A stretch of DNA of 64,000 nucleotides from the human T2T-CHM13v2.0 reference genome, Homo sapiens. The translations under genes and the position numbers were made by a program. Positions 1 through 14,746 of this stretch are shown here, piece after piece. The stretch's first letter is position 1; every line of letters begins with the position of its first letter. Location of the stretch: NCBI RefSeq assembly GCF_009914755.1, contig NC_060927.1. One strand, written 5' to 3'. Under the pieces are notes generated by a model. The model did no database searches. It worked only from the letters and a program-made list of their open reading frames with translations, and was not told the DNA's origin.

Positions 1-1485
1 TCTTGTGGTCTTGCCTTCAGGGGGCAAGCTTCCCCCACCCAACCCAGGGCAGGTCCAGAATTGCTGTCTTTGAGCAAGGGCCCAGGATCAGGAACTTTAG
101 GAATCTACCTGGCGCTCTATTCTACTGTGGCTAAGCTGGCTCCAAAGCCACAAGACAGTCATTCCTACTCTTCCCTCCCCTTTCCTCAAGCAGGGGAGAC
201 TCTTCCCATGGCCACCACTGCCCCAGGCTTGCAGAAAATACTGCTTGGCTACTACTGATGTTCACTTAAGGCCCAAGAGCTCCTCAGTCAGCTTATGGTG
301 AACACTGTTAGATCTGGGTCTCTCCCTTCAGGGCAGTGGACTCCCCTCTGGTCCAGGGAGCCAAGGCCTGGAATTAGGAACCCTAAGAGCCCACTTGGTG
401 CTCTACCCCACTGTGGCCGAGCTGATAACCAAGTGCAAGACAAAGCTCCCTTTACACTCTGCTCTCCTTTTTCCAAGCAGAAAGAGTCCCTCCCCATAGC
501 CGCCACAGCTGGGAATGTGCTGGGTCTCACCTGAAGTCAGCATGGGACTAGGTCTCATCCAATGCCTGCAGCAAATACTGCCTGGCTACCACTGATGTTT
601 ATTCTAGGTCCAAGGACTCTTTGGTCAGCAGGTGATGAATCCTTCCGGAACTGGATTCTTCCCTCTAGGCAGTGGGCTCCCTTCTGTCCCAGGGTTTGTC
701 TAGAAATGTCATCTGGGAGCTAGAACCTGGAATGGGGGCCTCAGGACTCTGCCTGGTGCTCTAACCTACTGTGGCTCAGCTGGTATCCAAGTTTCAAGAT
801 AAAGTCCTCTTTAGTCTCCCCTATCCTTCCTCAAGCAGAAGAAAGGAATCAGAGCTGAGAGCCGTGCTGCCTGGAGTTGGGGGAGGGGTAACTCAAGCAC
901 TACCTTGTCATCCCAGCTGGTGTCTCACTAGGTTGTGTGTACCCCAAGTCTACTGGCAAGTACAGCACTGGGACTTGCCAAGGAATTGCAGTCCTTGTGG
1001 CCTAGACTGCCTTTCAAGTTTATTTAGGACCCCAGACCACTTTAGTCCAGAGTGGCGATGCTTTCCAGAACCCAATCGCTGGGATGCATGATTCCCCTCT
1101 GACTAGGGCTGGTCTAAATGCTCCCTCCATGGACACTTGCCGATTTCTGCCCTGCTTTACTTTCCACCGTGAAAGGCAGCACTGAGTTCCAATGCAAAGT
1201 CCCGCAGTCACTGCACCCTCTCTCCCCCAACATGCAGATTCTTTCTCTGGGCCATGTGGCTGCCGCTGCGGAATAGAGGAGGGGTGGTGTTGGCAATTCA
1301 AGACAGTCTTTCCTATCTTCTTCAGTGCCTCTTTCAGTGATATGAAGTTAAAACCATGTACTGTGATCACTCACCTGATTTTGGGGTCTTATAGATGCTT
1401 TCTTTTGTGGATAGTTGTTCAAATTTGGTGTTCCTACAGTGGGGACAATTGCTGGAGGGTGCTATTTGGCCATCTTGCTTCCTGA
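1..1485 (-). mobile_element. 5' UTR portion of an old L1 (L1PB/L1MA-like), antisense; continues off the left edge
   Basis: Reverse complement near 1485 reads caggaagcaagatggccaaatag, an L1 5' start with the YY1 motif aagatggcc. The region is GC-rich with internal repeats at roughly 290-360 bp spacing. Confidence 0.7.
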
Positions 1486-1922
1486 AGATTATTTGTAGAT
1501 ACCACTAGATCTGCCCTCAAGAAAGGTTAAACAATTCATATTGTCACAAAAATGTATAAGAGTATGGATTTCACTGTGTCCTAAATTGCTTTATAAGGCT
1601 AAAGTGATTGGATTGGATCCACCTGGGCCATGATACACACCTGAGCTGTGGAACTTCAGTCCCTGATACATGAATGGTAAGGCATTTGATCAACCCTTGC
1701 CATTCTCATCTTTGCTTGAGGCCTGCTCACTTTGGTGTGGTATTGGAGCTAGCATGCAAAGCAGGGCCTACAGCATTTAGCTGAGGGGTGGAACCATCTG
1801 GAATGCCTCTGCCACTGTTGTCTTTAATGGCTTTCAGATGTGAAGAGGATCACATGCTCTCCAGCTGTTTTTATGTTCACTCCAGGAGCATTGTCTCAAA
1901 ATTTCCAAAATATTCTAAAATT

Positions 1923-1957
1923 GGGGGTATAGCTCAGTGGTTGAGCATTTGACTGCA
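1923..1957 (+). pseudogene. Tailless retropseudogene of the tRNA-Cys(GCA) 5' half (35 nt, ends at the anticodon)
   Basis: gggggtatagctcagtggttgagcatttgactgca matches the recalled tRNA-Cys 5' end at 34/35. Flanked by caaaatattctaaaatt (1906-1922) and caaaatattctcaaatc (1956-1972). Confidence 0.85.
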
Positions 1958-2625
1958 AAATATTCTCAAATCTACCAGTTCTGCACCACTATCATCATGA
2001 GTGGTAACAACTAATGTCTAGTTTTTGTTTAAGGTGCCATAATTAAAAGGTATGTAAATGAAAGAAGTTTCTCAACCCTCAGAGTTGCACTTCTTTATTT
2101 TAAGAAATCAGATAGGTATTCTTAGGTCTCCACCCTTCAGTCATGGGAAACTGCATTTCAGTAATGTTTAAGAGCTCCTTTTCCTCCCAAAAATGATACA
2201 AGAGTGGAGATGGCCAAGGAGAGGATGTACCCTAACTGGAAATTTCAGTCGTCACCAAAGTGCACATTGTCCAAGACCTATGGTCCATTTGAATGCAGTT
2301 GCTTCTGTTCTCTCTGTGGTAAGCCTGAGCTGAGGATCTTTCATTAAGAGTCTCCACACAGTCCTTCACAATGCTGCCTCCATCAACAATCTTGCCATCT
2401 CCAGTGAGTCACATGGGAGCAGAACTAGGTCCCTACAATATTTATTTGAAAGTAAGTAGGCTTTTGATAAATAATCTCACTTCCATACATCTTGAAGTCT
2501 TGGGAAATCCCACTCTCTTTCCCACCCACACTGCCTCCTTTAATCCTTGGAGCTCCTCCTCCTTTTGGATAATCATTCAACATGCCTCAGTTTACCTAGT
2601 TTTCATAAGTAAAGACCTGGGTAGG

Positions 2626-3101
2626 TTTTTTTTGGTTTTTGTTTTTGAGACGGAGTCTTGCTCCGTCACCCAGGCTGGAGTGCAATGATGTGATCTAGGC
2701 TCACTGCAACCTCCGCTTCCCGGGATCAAGCGATTTTCCTGCCTCAGCCTCCCCAGCAGTTGGGATTATAGGTGTGTGCACCACCCCACCCATCTAATTT
2801 TTGTTTTGTTTGTTTATTTGTTTTGAGTCTCACTCTGTTGCCCAGGCTGGAGTGCAGTGGCGCGATCTCGGCTGACTGCAACCTCCGCCCTCTGAGTTCA
2901 AGCGACTCTCCTGCCTCAGCCTCCTGAGTAGCTGGGATTACAGGCGCCCGCCACCACGCCCGGGCTAATTTTGTGTATTTTTAGTAGAAACGAGGTTTCA
3001 CCATGTCAGCCAGCCTGGTCTCGAACTCCTGACCTCAGGTGTCTGCCTGACTCGGCTTCCCAAAGTGCTGGGATTACAGGCATGAGCCACCACATCCAGC
3101 C
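2626..3101 (-). mobile_element. AluS element plus an extra right monomer (three-monomer arrangement)
   Basis: Right-arm Alu at about 2626-2800 directly followed by a full antisense Alu at about 2821-3101; aagacctg at 2612 and 3102. Confidence 0.85.
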
Positions 3102-3431
3102 AAGACCTGTTTTCTTTAGAGGGAGAGAGGAATAGAAAAACGCCTTTTCATTTTTACTAGATGTAGTGAAGACAAAGTAAATGAAACCTAAAAAGAAACA
3201 AACAAAATACCAGAAGTGTTAAGACACTGTCTTGTTGATTCTGCCCTCAAAATATGGCCAAAATCTCTCCACTTTTCTCCAGCTCCTTTGCTGTTACCTA
3301 GTTCAAGCTGCTATCATCCTGATGTTATCCCTTTCCTAATTCTGGTAATTCTCTATATCTCCTTAAACCAATCTCTGAATCCCCATTTGTTCGCTTCTAA
3401 CAGATTCTCCACAGAATAGCCAGTAGGAGAT

Positions 3432-3716
3432 TTTATTTTATTTTTTATTGTTTTTGAGACAGACTCTCACTCTGTTGTCCATGCTGAAGTGCAGTGGCAT
3501 GATCTCGGCTCACTGCAACTTCTGCCTCCTGGATTCAAGCGATTTTTGTGCCTCAGTCACCTGAGTAGCTGGGATTACAGGCATGCATCTGGCTAATTTT
3601 TGGTATTTTTAGCTGAGACAGGGTCTTGCCATGTTAGCCAGGCAGTTCTAAAACTCCTGACCCGCCTTGACCCCGCAAAGGGCTGGGATTACAAGCATGA
3701 GCCACTGTGCCTGGCC
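3432..3716 (-). mobile_element. Alu (older, with internal deletions) inserted in an L2 fragment
   Basis: Antisense Alu motifs (gagacagactctcactctg...gagccactgtgcctggcc); ggagattt on both flanks. Confidence 0.85.
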
Positions 3717-3719
3717 CAA

Positions 3720-4206
3720 GAGGGAGATTTTAAAAACACAAATCAGATTGTGTAACATCCTCAAATAGTAAGATATACAATAATAAAATGTAAAATTCTT
3801 ATCAAGATTTACAAGGCCTATAAGCCTTCTAGTGTTATTCCCTATTGCTCTTCTCTAGGTTATTGACATGACTGGTTTTGTTTGTTTTTAAACTTCCTCT
3901 AACCCTTTTCTAGCTCAGGATTAGTCTACCCTTTTACCTAAAATCTTCTTTTCCTGCCTACCTTCTGGTCATGCCTCATGTCTTAGCTAAATGTGATCTC
4001 CTCAAAGAAGGCTTTCATTGATTACATAATCTAAATGAGTGACCCTGCTTTAGTTTCTCATTATATTTACTGTCATTCTTAGCATTGCCACAATATGTCA
4101 TTATCTATGTGTTGACGTGATTATTGACTCAATATCTGTTTCCCCCACTGACCACATATCACCAGTGCCTAATGAATAGCAGATGCTAAAGAAATTAACA
4201 AATGAA
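3720..4206 (+). mobile_element. L2 3' fragment
   Basis: Degenerate L2 tail cagtgcct...gatgctaaagaaattaacaaatgaa and typical L2 motifs. Confidence 0.5.
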
Positions 4207-4752
4207 AAAGAAAGATGTGGAACTTTGAATGGTTTAAGTTCTATTTAGGCAGACACACACACACACATACACACACAGAGAGTAGTTATTGTGGGTTATA
4301 GACCATCTCACTTTCCTAATTCTTATCTCAGACACTGAATAACTAGAGGCCCAGCCATTGCCACAGAATTTTTGCTTCATATTCTTGTTGACTGCCTTAC
4401 TTGAAAGCAATTCAATCCATGTGTAAGGATTCCGTAAGACAGTCTGTCATGAGACAAAGGCAAAAATCCCTTGGTTCTATTTTTGCTACCATCTGTGTCT
4501 TTTTAAACTCCTCCTATATGTGGAACTTTTTCATTGCTTTGTTTGACTTCTGTAAATCTGCTAAATATGTTTACAAGCAACTTTCACAACCCTTCTCCAC
4601 CATCACTCCCACTTTGATGTCCTACCATTTTAGAACTGGATAGATATTTAAGATGCTCTTAACTTTGCAGAAAACAGAACAACCAAGCCTCAGAGAAATG
4701 AAGTGATTTGCCGAAAGCTACGCAATTGTGATTACTCAATTGTAGAGAAATA

Positions 4753-5067
<315 letters not shown>

Positions 5068-5436
5068 CAATTGTAGAGGAATAGAAAACAAGGTGAACTT
5101 CTAAGACCTTGGCCTTTATAATTTACTCCCAAATTTTCTATCTTAAAAAAAGAAGAAGAAAAAGAATCAGGGAACATTCTAAATCTGAGAGTGCTCTAAT
5201 TTTTCAAAAGATGTTTAAAAAGTCAATTTTTACCATCATTCTAAAGAAAGCAAGGAAATAAGACCTAAAAATATTTAAAACTCAAATCATCTGTATAGGA
5301 GAATTTTGGTATGTTCTAGGCTTCCTTGTGTTTACTTTTCTTACTGCTTTCTGTAATCAAGTAAGATTAAGTGAAAATTACCTGGGCCACAAAACTGCAA
5401 TGAAATTATTAAAGCATTTATTTAAAATATTTTCAG

Positions 5437-5635
5437 TCAGGTGCAGTGTATCATACCTGTAATCCCAACACTTTGGGAGGCTGAGGCAGGAGGATCACTT
5501 GAGCCCAGGAGGCCAAGGCTGCAGTGAGCTATGATCATGCCACTGTCCTCAAGGCTGGGTGACAGGGCTGGAGCCTGTCTCTAATAAAAATAAAATAAAA
5601 TAAAATAAAATAAAATAAAATAAAATAAAATAAAA
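5437..5635 (+). mobile_element. Alu monomer (FAM/FRAM-like) with (TAAAA)n tail
   Basis: Single 7SL-derived monomer followed by a pentanucleotide A-rich tail. Confidence 0.75.
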
Positions 5636-5793
5636 TGTTATTTTATCTTTAATCTGAACAATTCTAGGATCTGGCATCTTTGATGTTTCCAATACAATCA
5701 ATTTCAAAATATATGCTGAATTTCTACTATGCAAAGGAGTGTTGTTTAGACCTCATATGAGGGCCAGGAAGGTGAGCTAACATGGAGACAGGC

Positions 5794-6168
5794 TGTATGA
5801 GTCCACTCTCATGCTGCTAATAAAGACATACCCAAGACTGGGTGATTTATGAAAGAAAGAGGTTTGATTGACTCACAGTTCAGCATGGCTAGGGAGGCCC
5901 TAGGAAACTTACAATCATGGCAGAAGGGGAAGCAAACACATCCTTCTTCACATGGTGGCAGCAAGGAGAAAAATAAGAGCCAAGTGAAGCAGGAAGCCCC
6001 TTATAAAACCATTGGACCTTGTGAGAACTCACTATCACAAGAATAGCATGGGGGAAACCACCCCCGTGATTCCATTACTTCCCACTGGGTCCCTCCCATG
6101 ACACCTAGGGATTATGGGAACTAAAATTCAAGATGAGATTTGGGTGGGGACACAGCCAAATCATATCA
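5794..6168 (-). mobile_element. THE1/MST solo LTR (MaLR)
   Basis: TG...CA termini with gggacacagccaaatcatatca end; 5-bp TSD caggc/caagc. Confidence 0.9.
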
Positions 6169-6937
6169 CAAGCATTAAGAAGCTGGTACTCTTATTATAA
6201 TGGGAGAGGCCCACATAGCCAAAAAAATCACTCTGAAATCTATCATGGTGTCAGCACAATTTGAACACAGACTGCTGTAAATAAAAGAGGAATAGTAGTC
6301 TTTGAATTTAATACTAGAAAAAAGTATTAGAAAAGAAAATTAAATTCTACTTCAGTTCTTCACATTGGTGAGGTAGACAGCTTCAATTGGTCTTTAAAAA
6401 TATAGACTGATTTTCTATAAATTATTTTTTTGAAAGCTAGAAATACTTTAGAAATATGTCATCCCAATCAGAAAAAAGAAATTCTAAAGGAAGGTGAGGG
6501 AGAAGAACAAACAAGTAAATGTGAAATTGTCTCAAAGACATCAGGTTGGGTACTGAATTAAGTTTTTCTTAAAATCAAATTATAAAGACTTCCAGCAATT
6601 TCACTGCTGGAAATTTATACTGTGAATATCTTCCTATGTGAAGATATCTATTGTGGTTTTCCATAATTTACAGAAACTGAAAACAATGTTATGTATTCAT
6701 CAGAAAGGACTGCTTTATTTAACTGTGTTCAACACATGTCATAGAGTACTATGCACTCCTGAAAATGAATTAGGGAGATCTATAGATACCAATATGGGAG
6801 GAGGTCTAAAAAATATTACTAAGTAAAAGGCAAGGAAAATAACTATATAGAAATATAAATAGAATCTTATTTGTGCAATAACAAGAGTGTATAAATGTAC
6901 TCCTCATAAAGCATTTCTAGGAGGATACTCGAGAAAC

Positions 6938-7229
6938 TTTTTTTTTGAGACAGAGTCTTACTCTGTTACCCAGGCTTGAGTGTGGTGGCACAATCACGGC
7001 TCACTGCAGACTCAACCTCCCTGGGCTCAGGTAATCCTCCCACTTCAACCTTCTGAGTAGCTAGGACTACAGGCATGCACCACCATGCCCACCTAGTTTT
7101 TGCAATTTTCTGTAGAGATGGGGTTTTGCCATGTTTCCCCGGCTAGTGTTAAATTCGTGGGCTCAAGTTTCTGCCTGCCTCGGCTTCCCAAAGTGCTGGG
7201 ATTACAGACGTGAGCCAACATGCCTGGCC
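6938..7229 (-). mobile_element. AluJ within an old L1ME-like fragment (about 6590-7330)
   Basis: Antisense Alu; agaaact on both flanks. Confidence 0.85.
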
Positions 7230-8060
7230 AAGAAACTCTTATTGAGCATATCTTTGGAAAATGAGACTGGGAAATTACACGAAAAGAAATTTTTATTTTA
7301 TACCCTCTGTGCCTTTTGATTATTTTAAAATTATGGAGAGGTATTACTTTTGTATTACTTTTTGTTTATTAAATTCCTATACTATTATGCATATATCATT
7401 TTAAAACTATAGTTCTTTTAAGTTAAGTTTACTTGGGCAAATGTCCTAATTTCTTTTCTCACTGTATATCTTTAGTTTCTATATTCCAGTGACTTTGTTG
7501 TGGACTATGTGTTTGCCTCAGATTTTCCCATCTCTAATAATGTCATGAACTGGCATTTCTGAACTTTCATTTTTACTATTGGACTCTTTAATCCTGCTTG
7601 TTTTAAGAAGCATTTTGCAAGTTACACGTTAACTAAGATGCAGTACCTGATTTAAAGGGGACATACAATGCAATGAGAGAGACAGAAACTATTTTTACTT
7701 CATAAAATCCAGTTTTATAAAAAGCTCTGTTAATAACACTGAGGGAGTGTGAGAACACAAAAGAAAGCTTACTAAATTTGGCTGGGGAAAGAATCAAGGA
7801 AGATTTCTAGGAAGTTATGCCAATTAAGATAAATCTTGAAAAGATGAATCAGCTGGTACAAGTATAATACATTGCCTTCATAGATCATTTTGCAAGACTT
7901 AGAATTAGTGAAATTTAGACATAGAAGAGACCTTAAATAATATTAAATGTAATATTCTCATTTTTAAAATAGAGAAATGTGACTTGTTAAACAACATGAG
8001 CTGTGGGGTCAAATTCAATGGCCAATACAGAGTAGACACTTAATAAATATTTGCTCCCTT

Positions 8061-8238
8061 CAGAACTGGCCACATAAATTACAGGGCCCAGTGGAAAATG
8101 AAATACAAGGCCCCTTGTTCAAAAGTTATTAAGAATTTCAAGACAGTCACAACAGAGTGTTAAAACAAGCATAGGCCCCTCTGAGCACAGGGCCACATTG
8201 AAATAACCCACAGTCCTGGGGTTCATGAAGCAGGCCTC
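8061..8238. mobile_element. MER45A-like hAT DNA transposon fossil
   Basis: gggcccagtggaaaatgaaa...ggccccttgttcaaaagttattaagaatttcaaga resembles the recalled MER45A consensus. Confidence 0.7.
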
Positions 8239-8569
8239 CCTCCCTCCTCTAATCTAAGTTTCAAGGGGTAAGTAGACACAGAAACTAAACAAGAACTCAG
8301 GTCTCCTTTGGATACAAAGACCTCAAAATTTTAAAAGCTCATAAACAATCTGTTCACCCAATATTTTTAACTGAGGTGATATGAAGATCTCATATTTATC
8401 TTTATATAATAGTTAATAAATTTGTGCCTTTATTCATTCATGTCACAAATATGAATAAATGTGTCCCAAGAGCCTAGGACAAGGCTGGTTCATAATAAGT
8501 ATTCAGTGAAGAGTAGGTGAAGGATGGATGACCAGATGAATGAGTGACTAAACAATAAGCTACAATTGA

Positions 8570-8955
8570 GTATTATTGCCCATAAAAAGAAATAAAATTT
8601 TGATACATGTAACACCATGAATGAACCTTGAAAATATTATGCTAAGTGAAAGGAGACAGACACAAGAGATCACATAACATATAATTACATTTATATGAAA
8701 TGTGTGGAATAGTCAAGTCTATAGAGACAGAACATACATTAGTGGTTGCTGGGGACTGGGAGGAGGGAAGAGTAAGGAGTGACTGCTCATGGATATGGGT
8801 GTTTTGTTTTGTTTTGTTTTGGAATGATGACAATGTTCTGGAATAAGATAGCAGTGATGGTTGCACAACTTTGTGAATGTAATCACAAATATCTCAAATT
8901 CTAGACTTTATAAAGGGTGGATATTATAGTATATGAATTCTATCTCAATTTTTAG
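8570..8955 (+). mobile_element. L1MB/L1MC 3' end
   Basis: atgaaccttgaaaatattatgctaagtgaaag...tatctcaat is a typical L1M 3' UTR. Confidence 0.8.
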
Positions 8956-10539
8956 AATGTAAAACAATAAATTAACCAGGATAGAAAGATTTAAGTAACT
9001 TGCTAAAAATTGATTTGTGTTACTTGTGATGATTATGCATCTAACATCAAAACTTTGGCTCCTAGTTCAGGCTTTCTCCAGTCTATCAAGCTACTGCACA
9101 GAAAACTGCAGAGTGCCACCAGCTATCTCTATGGCTCCATGGAGCACTGTGCTTACATACAAGAAACCTCTCTTGTACCAAAGTGTAAACACAGTGGTGG
9201 CTGCATTCTGCCTCCAGAGGATCTGGCCTACAGAGTGAAGAATAAAGGGGAGACAGAGCAAGGGGAGAGCACTTTCCAAGAGCTTCCTCATTTTCTCTGT
9301 GTTGTCCTAGACACCACCCACTAGCCTTGTATCTCAGGTCTTGGTTGAGAAACCAAAATAACTAATGACACTCCTATGATGCCTTGGCAGCATTCCCTGA
9401 TAACTTAGAATATTTATTTCCTGTTTTCCCAACTCTCATTTATTTCCATGCTAGCATAGAGCAAGATGACGTGTAACCTCTTGTGAAATGCTTGATATTT
9501 GTCCCTTAGAAGAGACATTAGTACTATACATTTAGCAAATAGTAAAATAACAACACTCATAGCTTGTTCTTGTGAGTAATATGTGAAAGTTTTCTAAACT
9601 GTATTTTAGTTTTAACTTACATTCGTTACAGCAGAGTGAGGCAAGCATCATGCATTCTCTCTCTTTTAAAGAAAAAGCACTAAAACCTCCATTTTTTCAC
9701 TTCTAGTTTATGATCCTCTCTTCTTCCTTACCATGAGAATCAATAAGGGTGGGTGGTGTGAACACATGTTTTTTGTCCTGTCAGGAAAAGTTAAAGGTTA
9801 TGGTCCTGCTCCCAAATGATAGATAATTAATCATCTTTAAAATGGCAACCTGTCACTGGAAAAGGAAAAGCAGAAATATAAAATAAAGCAGATATATGAT
9901 ATCAGGTAGCAACAAGGATGTCACAGATTTAATGAGTATAGGGGATGTTGTACAAAAAGTTTTATACTAATCTCTAGAAACAAAAGAAAAAGCAGAAATG
10001 ATCTATATGTTCATAGTCTATATGGCCATCTCTCTAATTTTGAAATCAGCAGTCATTCCTTGGTTGGCATCTGCTACTTGGGAGCAGAGGATGGAAGAAC
10101 ACAGCAAACAAAAGTTTCATCGTTAAGCTGTGAAGCAGAGGGAACAGGCAGCTAGCCAAAACTTATGTGGTTCTTCAAATTTCTGATGGGGATCAGAGTG
10201 CCTCTCCCTCACTGACAAATATGGAATGGAATGTAAGGTTGCTACTAACAGGGTTCTCTGCAATCCTGAGATTGGTTCTGTTCTAGCCAAAGCTCTTGGA
10301 TTCCTGTAAACTCCAGTCCAGTTGAAACTTCCCGGGAGAATGTGCCCCCACCACCCCGTGCAGAACTCCTGGACATCTTAGTGACAGCCCCACCCCCACC
10401 ACTAGTCTTCCCAGAATTCGAGCTGTGAGAACACATCAATTCCTGACTCAGGCATTTGAGTCAATTTTCAGTGAACTCAGGATAGTAGAATGGAACACCA
10501 TCTCACCCACCAGCAATCCCTGGCTAGCACATGAGTGGG

Positions 10540-10740
10540 AGGAAATCATGGGCTTTGAAATCAAACAAACTCAGGTTCTTACATTCACTAATTACACTCA
10601 GAAACTGTGTATTCTTTGTAGAATTTGAAAGTGTTAACCTCATTGAGCGTTACTTCCCTCAGCTATAAAAAATGGATATAACAATTTTTTTCTCTGATGT
10701 TGCTTTAAAACAAAGTGAGATAAAGAATGAAAATTTCCAA
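10540..10740 (+). mobile_element. MIR
   Basis: Degenerate MIR core (gggctttgaaatca...ttaacctc...ctataaaaaatgg...gtgagataa). Confidence 0.55.
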
Positions 10741-11879
10741 TTTACAAATATTTCTTAACAAAGCGTAGATTTGTTCCTTTCTATTCCAAAGCTAATGACT
10801 TCAGGTGAAATGGTATCTTGAGAGTGGGGGGCATTCTGAGGGATCAGTCTCAGACCAAATTCATGTAATCAGTTGAAAACGTCCTGTTTGATTAGTCCCT
10901 TTAAACTCTTTATGTGCCTTTCCTGTCCTCTAATTCAGTTTCTAAACTTTTGTTCAGTATCACATCCCTAAAGAAGCCTTTTTAGACATTTTTTCTGATC
11001 GTCCTCTCCTCCATGAGATTTAATGCCACAGAGACACCATTATGTTGTTTGTGAACTGTATATAGGTATATCTGTGCTTTATACATTAAAATAGTAAGAA
11101 AATGTTAAACCCCCCAAGAACCAATTTTCACCCTTTGGTGGACAATATTGTTCCTATTGAGAACACATGGTCTATAAACAAACAAAAAGTTAGAAGAATC
11201 TTTGAAGAGATAATCTTTTAAAGCCTGTGAAAGAAGACATTATTGAATTCTTCTAAAGAACAGAGTCTTCCCTTCATCATCTCTTAACTATTAGAGGTAG
11301 AAAACTTTGGCGAAGTTTTAACAATTTCTTGATTTCCTATGTTTAGCCAATGATGTTCAGGTCAACCTGTTAGAAATAAAGAAAGAAGCCTCAGATGCAA
11401 AAAAGTAAATGATGATGCTAGGCCCCAACCTACTGATGTATTGTTTTCTACGCAGAGTATAAGATATACTATCTGCAGCATAAGTACAGTAATAATGGAG
11501 CTAAACCTCAAAAAATTAGTCCCACATCACTTGACTAATAGGTTTCTACTTTACTCCATGTGGATGTCCAGATTTTGCCCAATTAAACTTTCATTTCTTA
11601 TTTAAAATTACAGCTAATACTTACCATTGAAATTTTGGGGGGAAAACTTTGCTAAACTGCAGTGTTTATTTGACTTTTTAAATAACTGTGATGCTGAACA
11701 GTAAGAATTAATTTGCACACAGGGCTTCTAAAAAGTGGGCCACTTCTTATTTTGAGAAAAACTTCAAAATTATGTAATAAATTTCACTGAGAAATAAAAT
11801 ATTGACATAAATAACAATAGAACAATATCAAGTTTTTGGTAAAATAAAAAGTTATTCATGTGAAAAATAAAATAATAGA

Positions 11880-12950
<1,071 letters not shown>

Positions 12951-13069
12951 AACAGGTCAAAATGTTGTTAAAGATTCAACAATTCAAGTTATCTGCTGTG
13001 AAAATGCCATAAAGAGTTAGTATCTCTAGAATCATTATAGCAGTCATCTTCTAGTGCAAGTCCCAGTAC

Positions 13070-13385
13070 CATTTTTAACAGCCTTATTGAGGAATAATTT
13101 GCATATCATAAAATTCTCCCATTGTAAGTGTACAATTATAGAATTTTTGATGACTATATATGATTATGCAACCAGCACCACAGTCCAGTTTAAAACATAC
13201 CCATCACACCAGAAAGTTCCCTCACACCTGTGGCAGTCAATCCCCTCTCCCACCCCAGCCAACCACCGAACCAATTCTCTGTCTCTATAGTTTTGCCTTT
13301 TCTAGAAATTTCATATAAATGGAATTTTATATAATACAAAATGTAGTCTTCTGTGACTGGCTTCTTTCTTGCCTTCTTGAATCTT
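13070..13385 (-). mobile_element. L1M 3' end, antisense
   Basis: aagtgtacaatt...ttttctagaaatttcatataaatggaat...tgactggcttcttt. Confidence 0.75.
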
Positions 13386-13389
13386 TTCT

Positions 13390-13703
13390 TTTTTTTTCTT
13401 CTTTTTTTTTTCTTTTTTTTGAGACGGAGTCTCACTCTGTCACCCAGGCTGGAGTGCAGTGGCTCAATCTTGGCTCACTGCAACCTCTGCTTCCCGGGTT
13501 CAAGCAATTCTCGTGCCTTCAGCCTCTCAAGTAACTGGGACTATAGGCACGAGCCAGCACACCTGGCTAATTTTTGTATTTTTAGTAGAGACAGGGTTTC
13601 ACCACACTGGCCAGGCTGGTCTTGAACTCCTGACCTCAGGTGATCCGCCTGCCTCGGCCTCCCAGAGTGCTGGGATTACAGGCATGAGCCACTGCACCTA
13701 GCC
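13390..13703 (-). mobile_element. AluS
   Basis: Full antisense dimer with T-rich tail. Confidence 0.9.
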
Positions 13704-13705
13704 CT

Positions 13706-13853
13706 TCTTTTTTTTTTTAATAACTTTTTTTTTGAAATGGGGTTTCACTGTGTTGTCCAGGCTGGTCTTGAACTTCTTCCTAGGCTCAAGCACCCTTCCT
13801 GCCTTGGCCTCCTAAAGTGCTGGGATTACAAGCATAAGCCACCATGCCCAGCC
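13706..13853 (-). mobile_element. Alu left monomer (FLAM-like)
   Basis: Single antisense monomer ending ccatgcccagcc. Confidence 0.75.
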
Positions 13854-14352
13854 CCTTTTTGTTTTCTTAAGATGAAGAAGTTCTAGTTATGGGACTTGTA
13901 AGAGACATTAGTTGCAGGTCCAGAGCACACATTTGCCGATTCTCAGTCCAGGACTTAGCTGTGACACCATGCTATTGTCAGGATACAGTATACTAGATAC
14001 AGGATACTAGAATAGGAAAAAAATAAACCTGGTTTAGGGGATCAGAATGGCTATTTCTAGCCATCCAACTCAACTTATCTGAGATTCAATTTTCCCTTAT
14101 ATACAATGAGGATAATAATGTCTAATGCATAGCTCTGTTGTGAGGAATAAATTAAGTGTACAGAGTACCAAACATAGAGACAGGCAAACATTAGGAATTT
14201 AATAAATGATAATTGCTGACTAGAAAATCACTTAAAGTACAAATGTTCATCTTGAGACAAAGAACATAAAGAGGGAAAGTCATAAATGTTGGAAACTGAA
14301 GATTAGGGTTTAAACATTGACTTATTTAAATCTCAAAAGAAGCATGAATCCC

Positions 14353-14746
14353 CGCCAGGCATAGTGGCACACACCTGTAATCCCAGCAACTCTGGGAAGC
14401 CAAGTTGGGAGGATTGCTTGGGGCCAGGAGTTTGCCCAGGAGGCCTGGGCCACATAGGAAGACCCCATCTCTACAAAAAAATAAAAATTTAAAAAAAATA
14501 GCCAGGCGCGTGATTTTTTTAATTTACACGCCTGTAGTCCTGTAGTCCCACTTGTAGTCCTGACTACTCAGGAAGCTGAGGCTGAAGGATTGCTCAAGCC
14601 TAGGAATTCAAGGCTGCAGTGAGCTATGATGGACCCACTGCACTACAGCCTGGGCGACAGAGTGAGACCCTGTCTCAAAAAAGGAGAAGAAGAAGGAGAA
14701 GGAGAAGAGAATAAGGAGAAGGAAGAGGAATAGGAAGAGGAGGAGA
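14353..14746 (+). mobile_element. AluJ with a purine-rich (GAA/GGA) tail
   Basis: Diverged dimer with local duplications (cctgtagt repeated), then a GA-rich simple repeat at 14683-14746. Confidence 0.85.
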
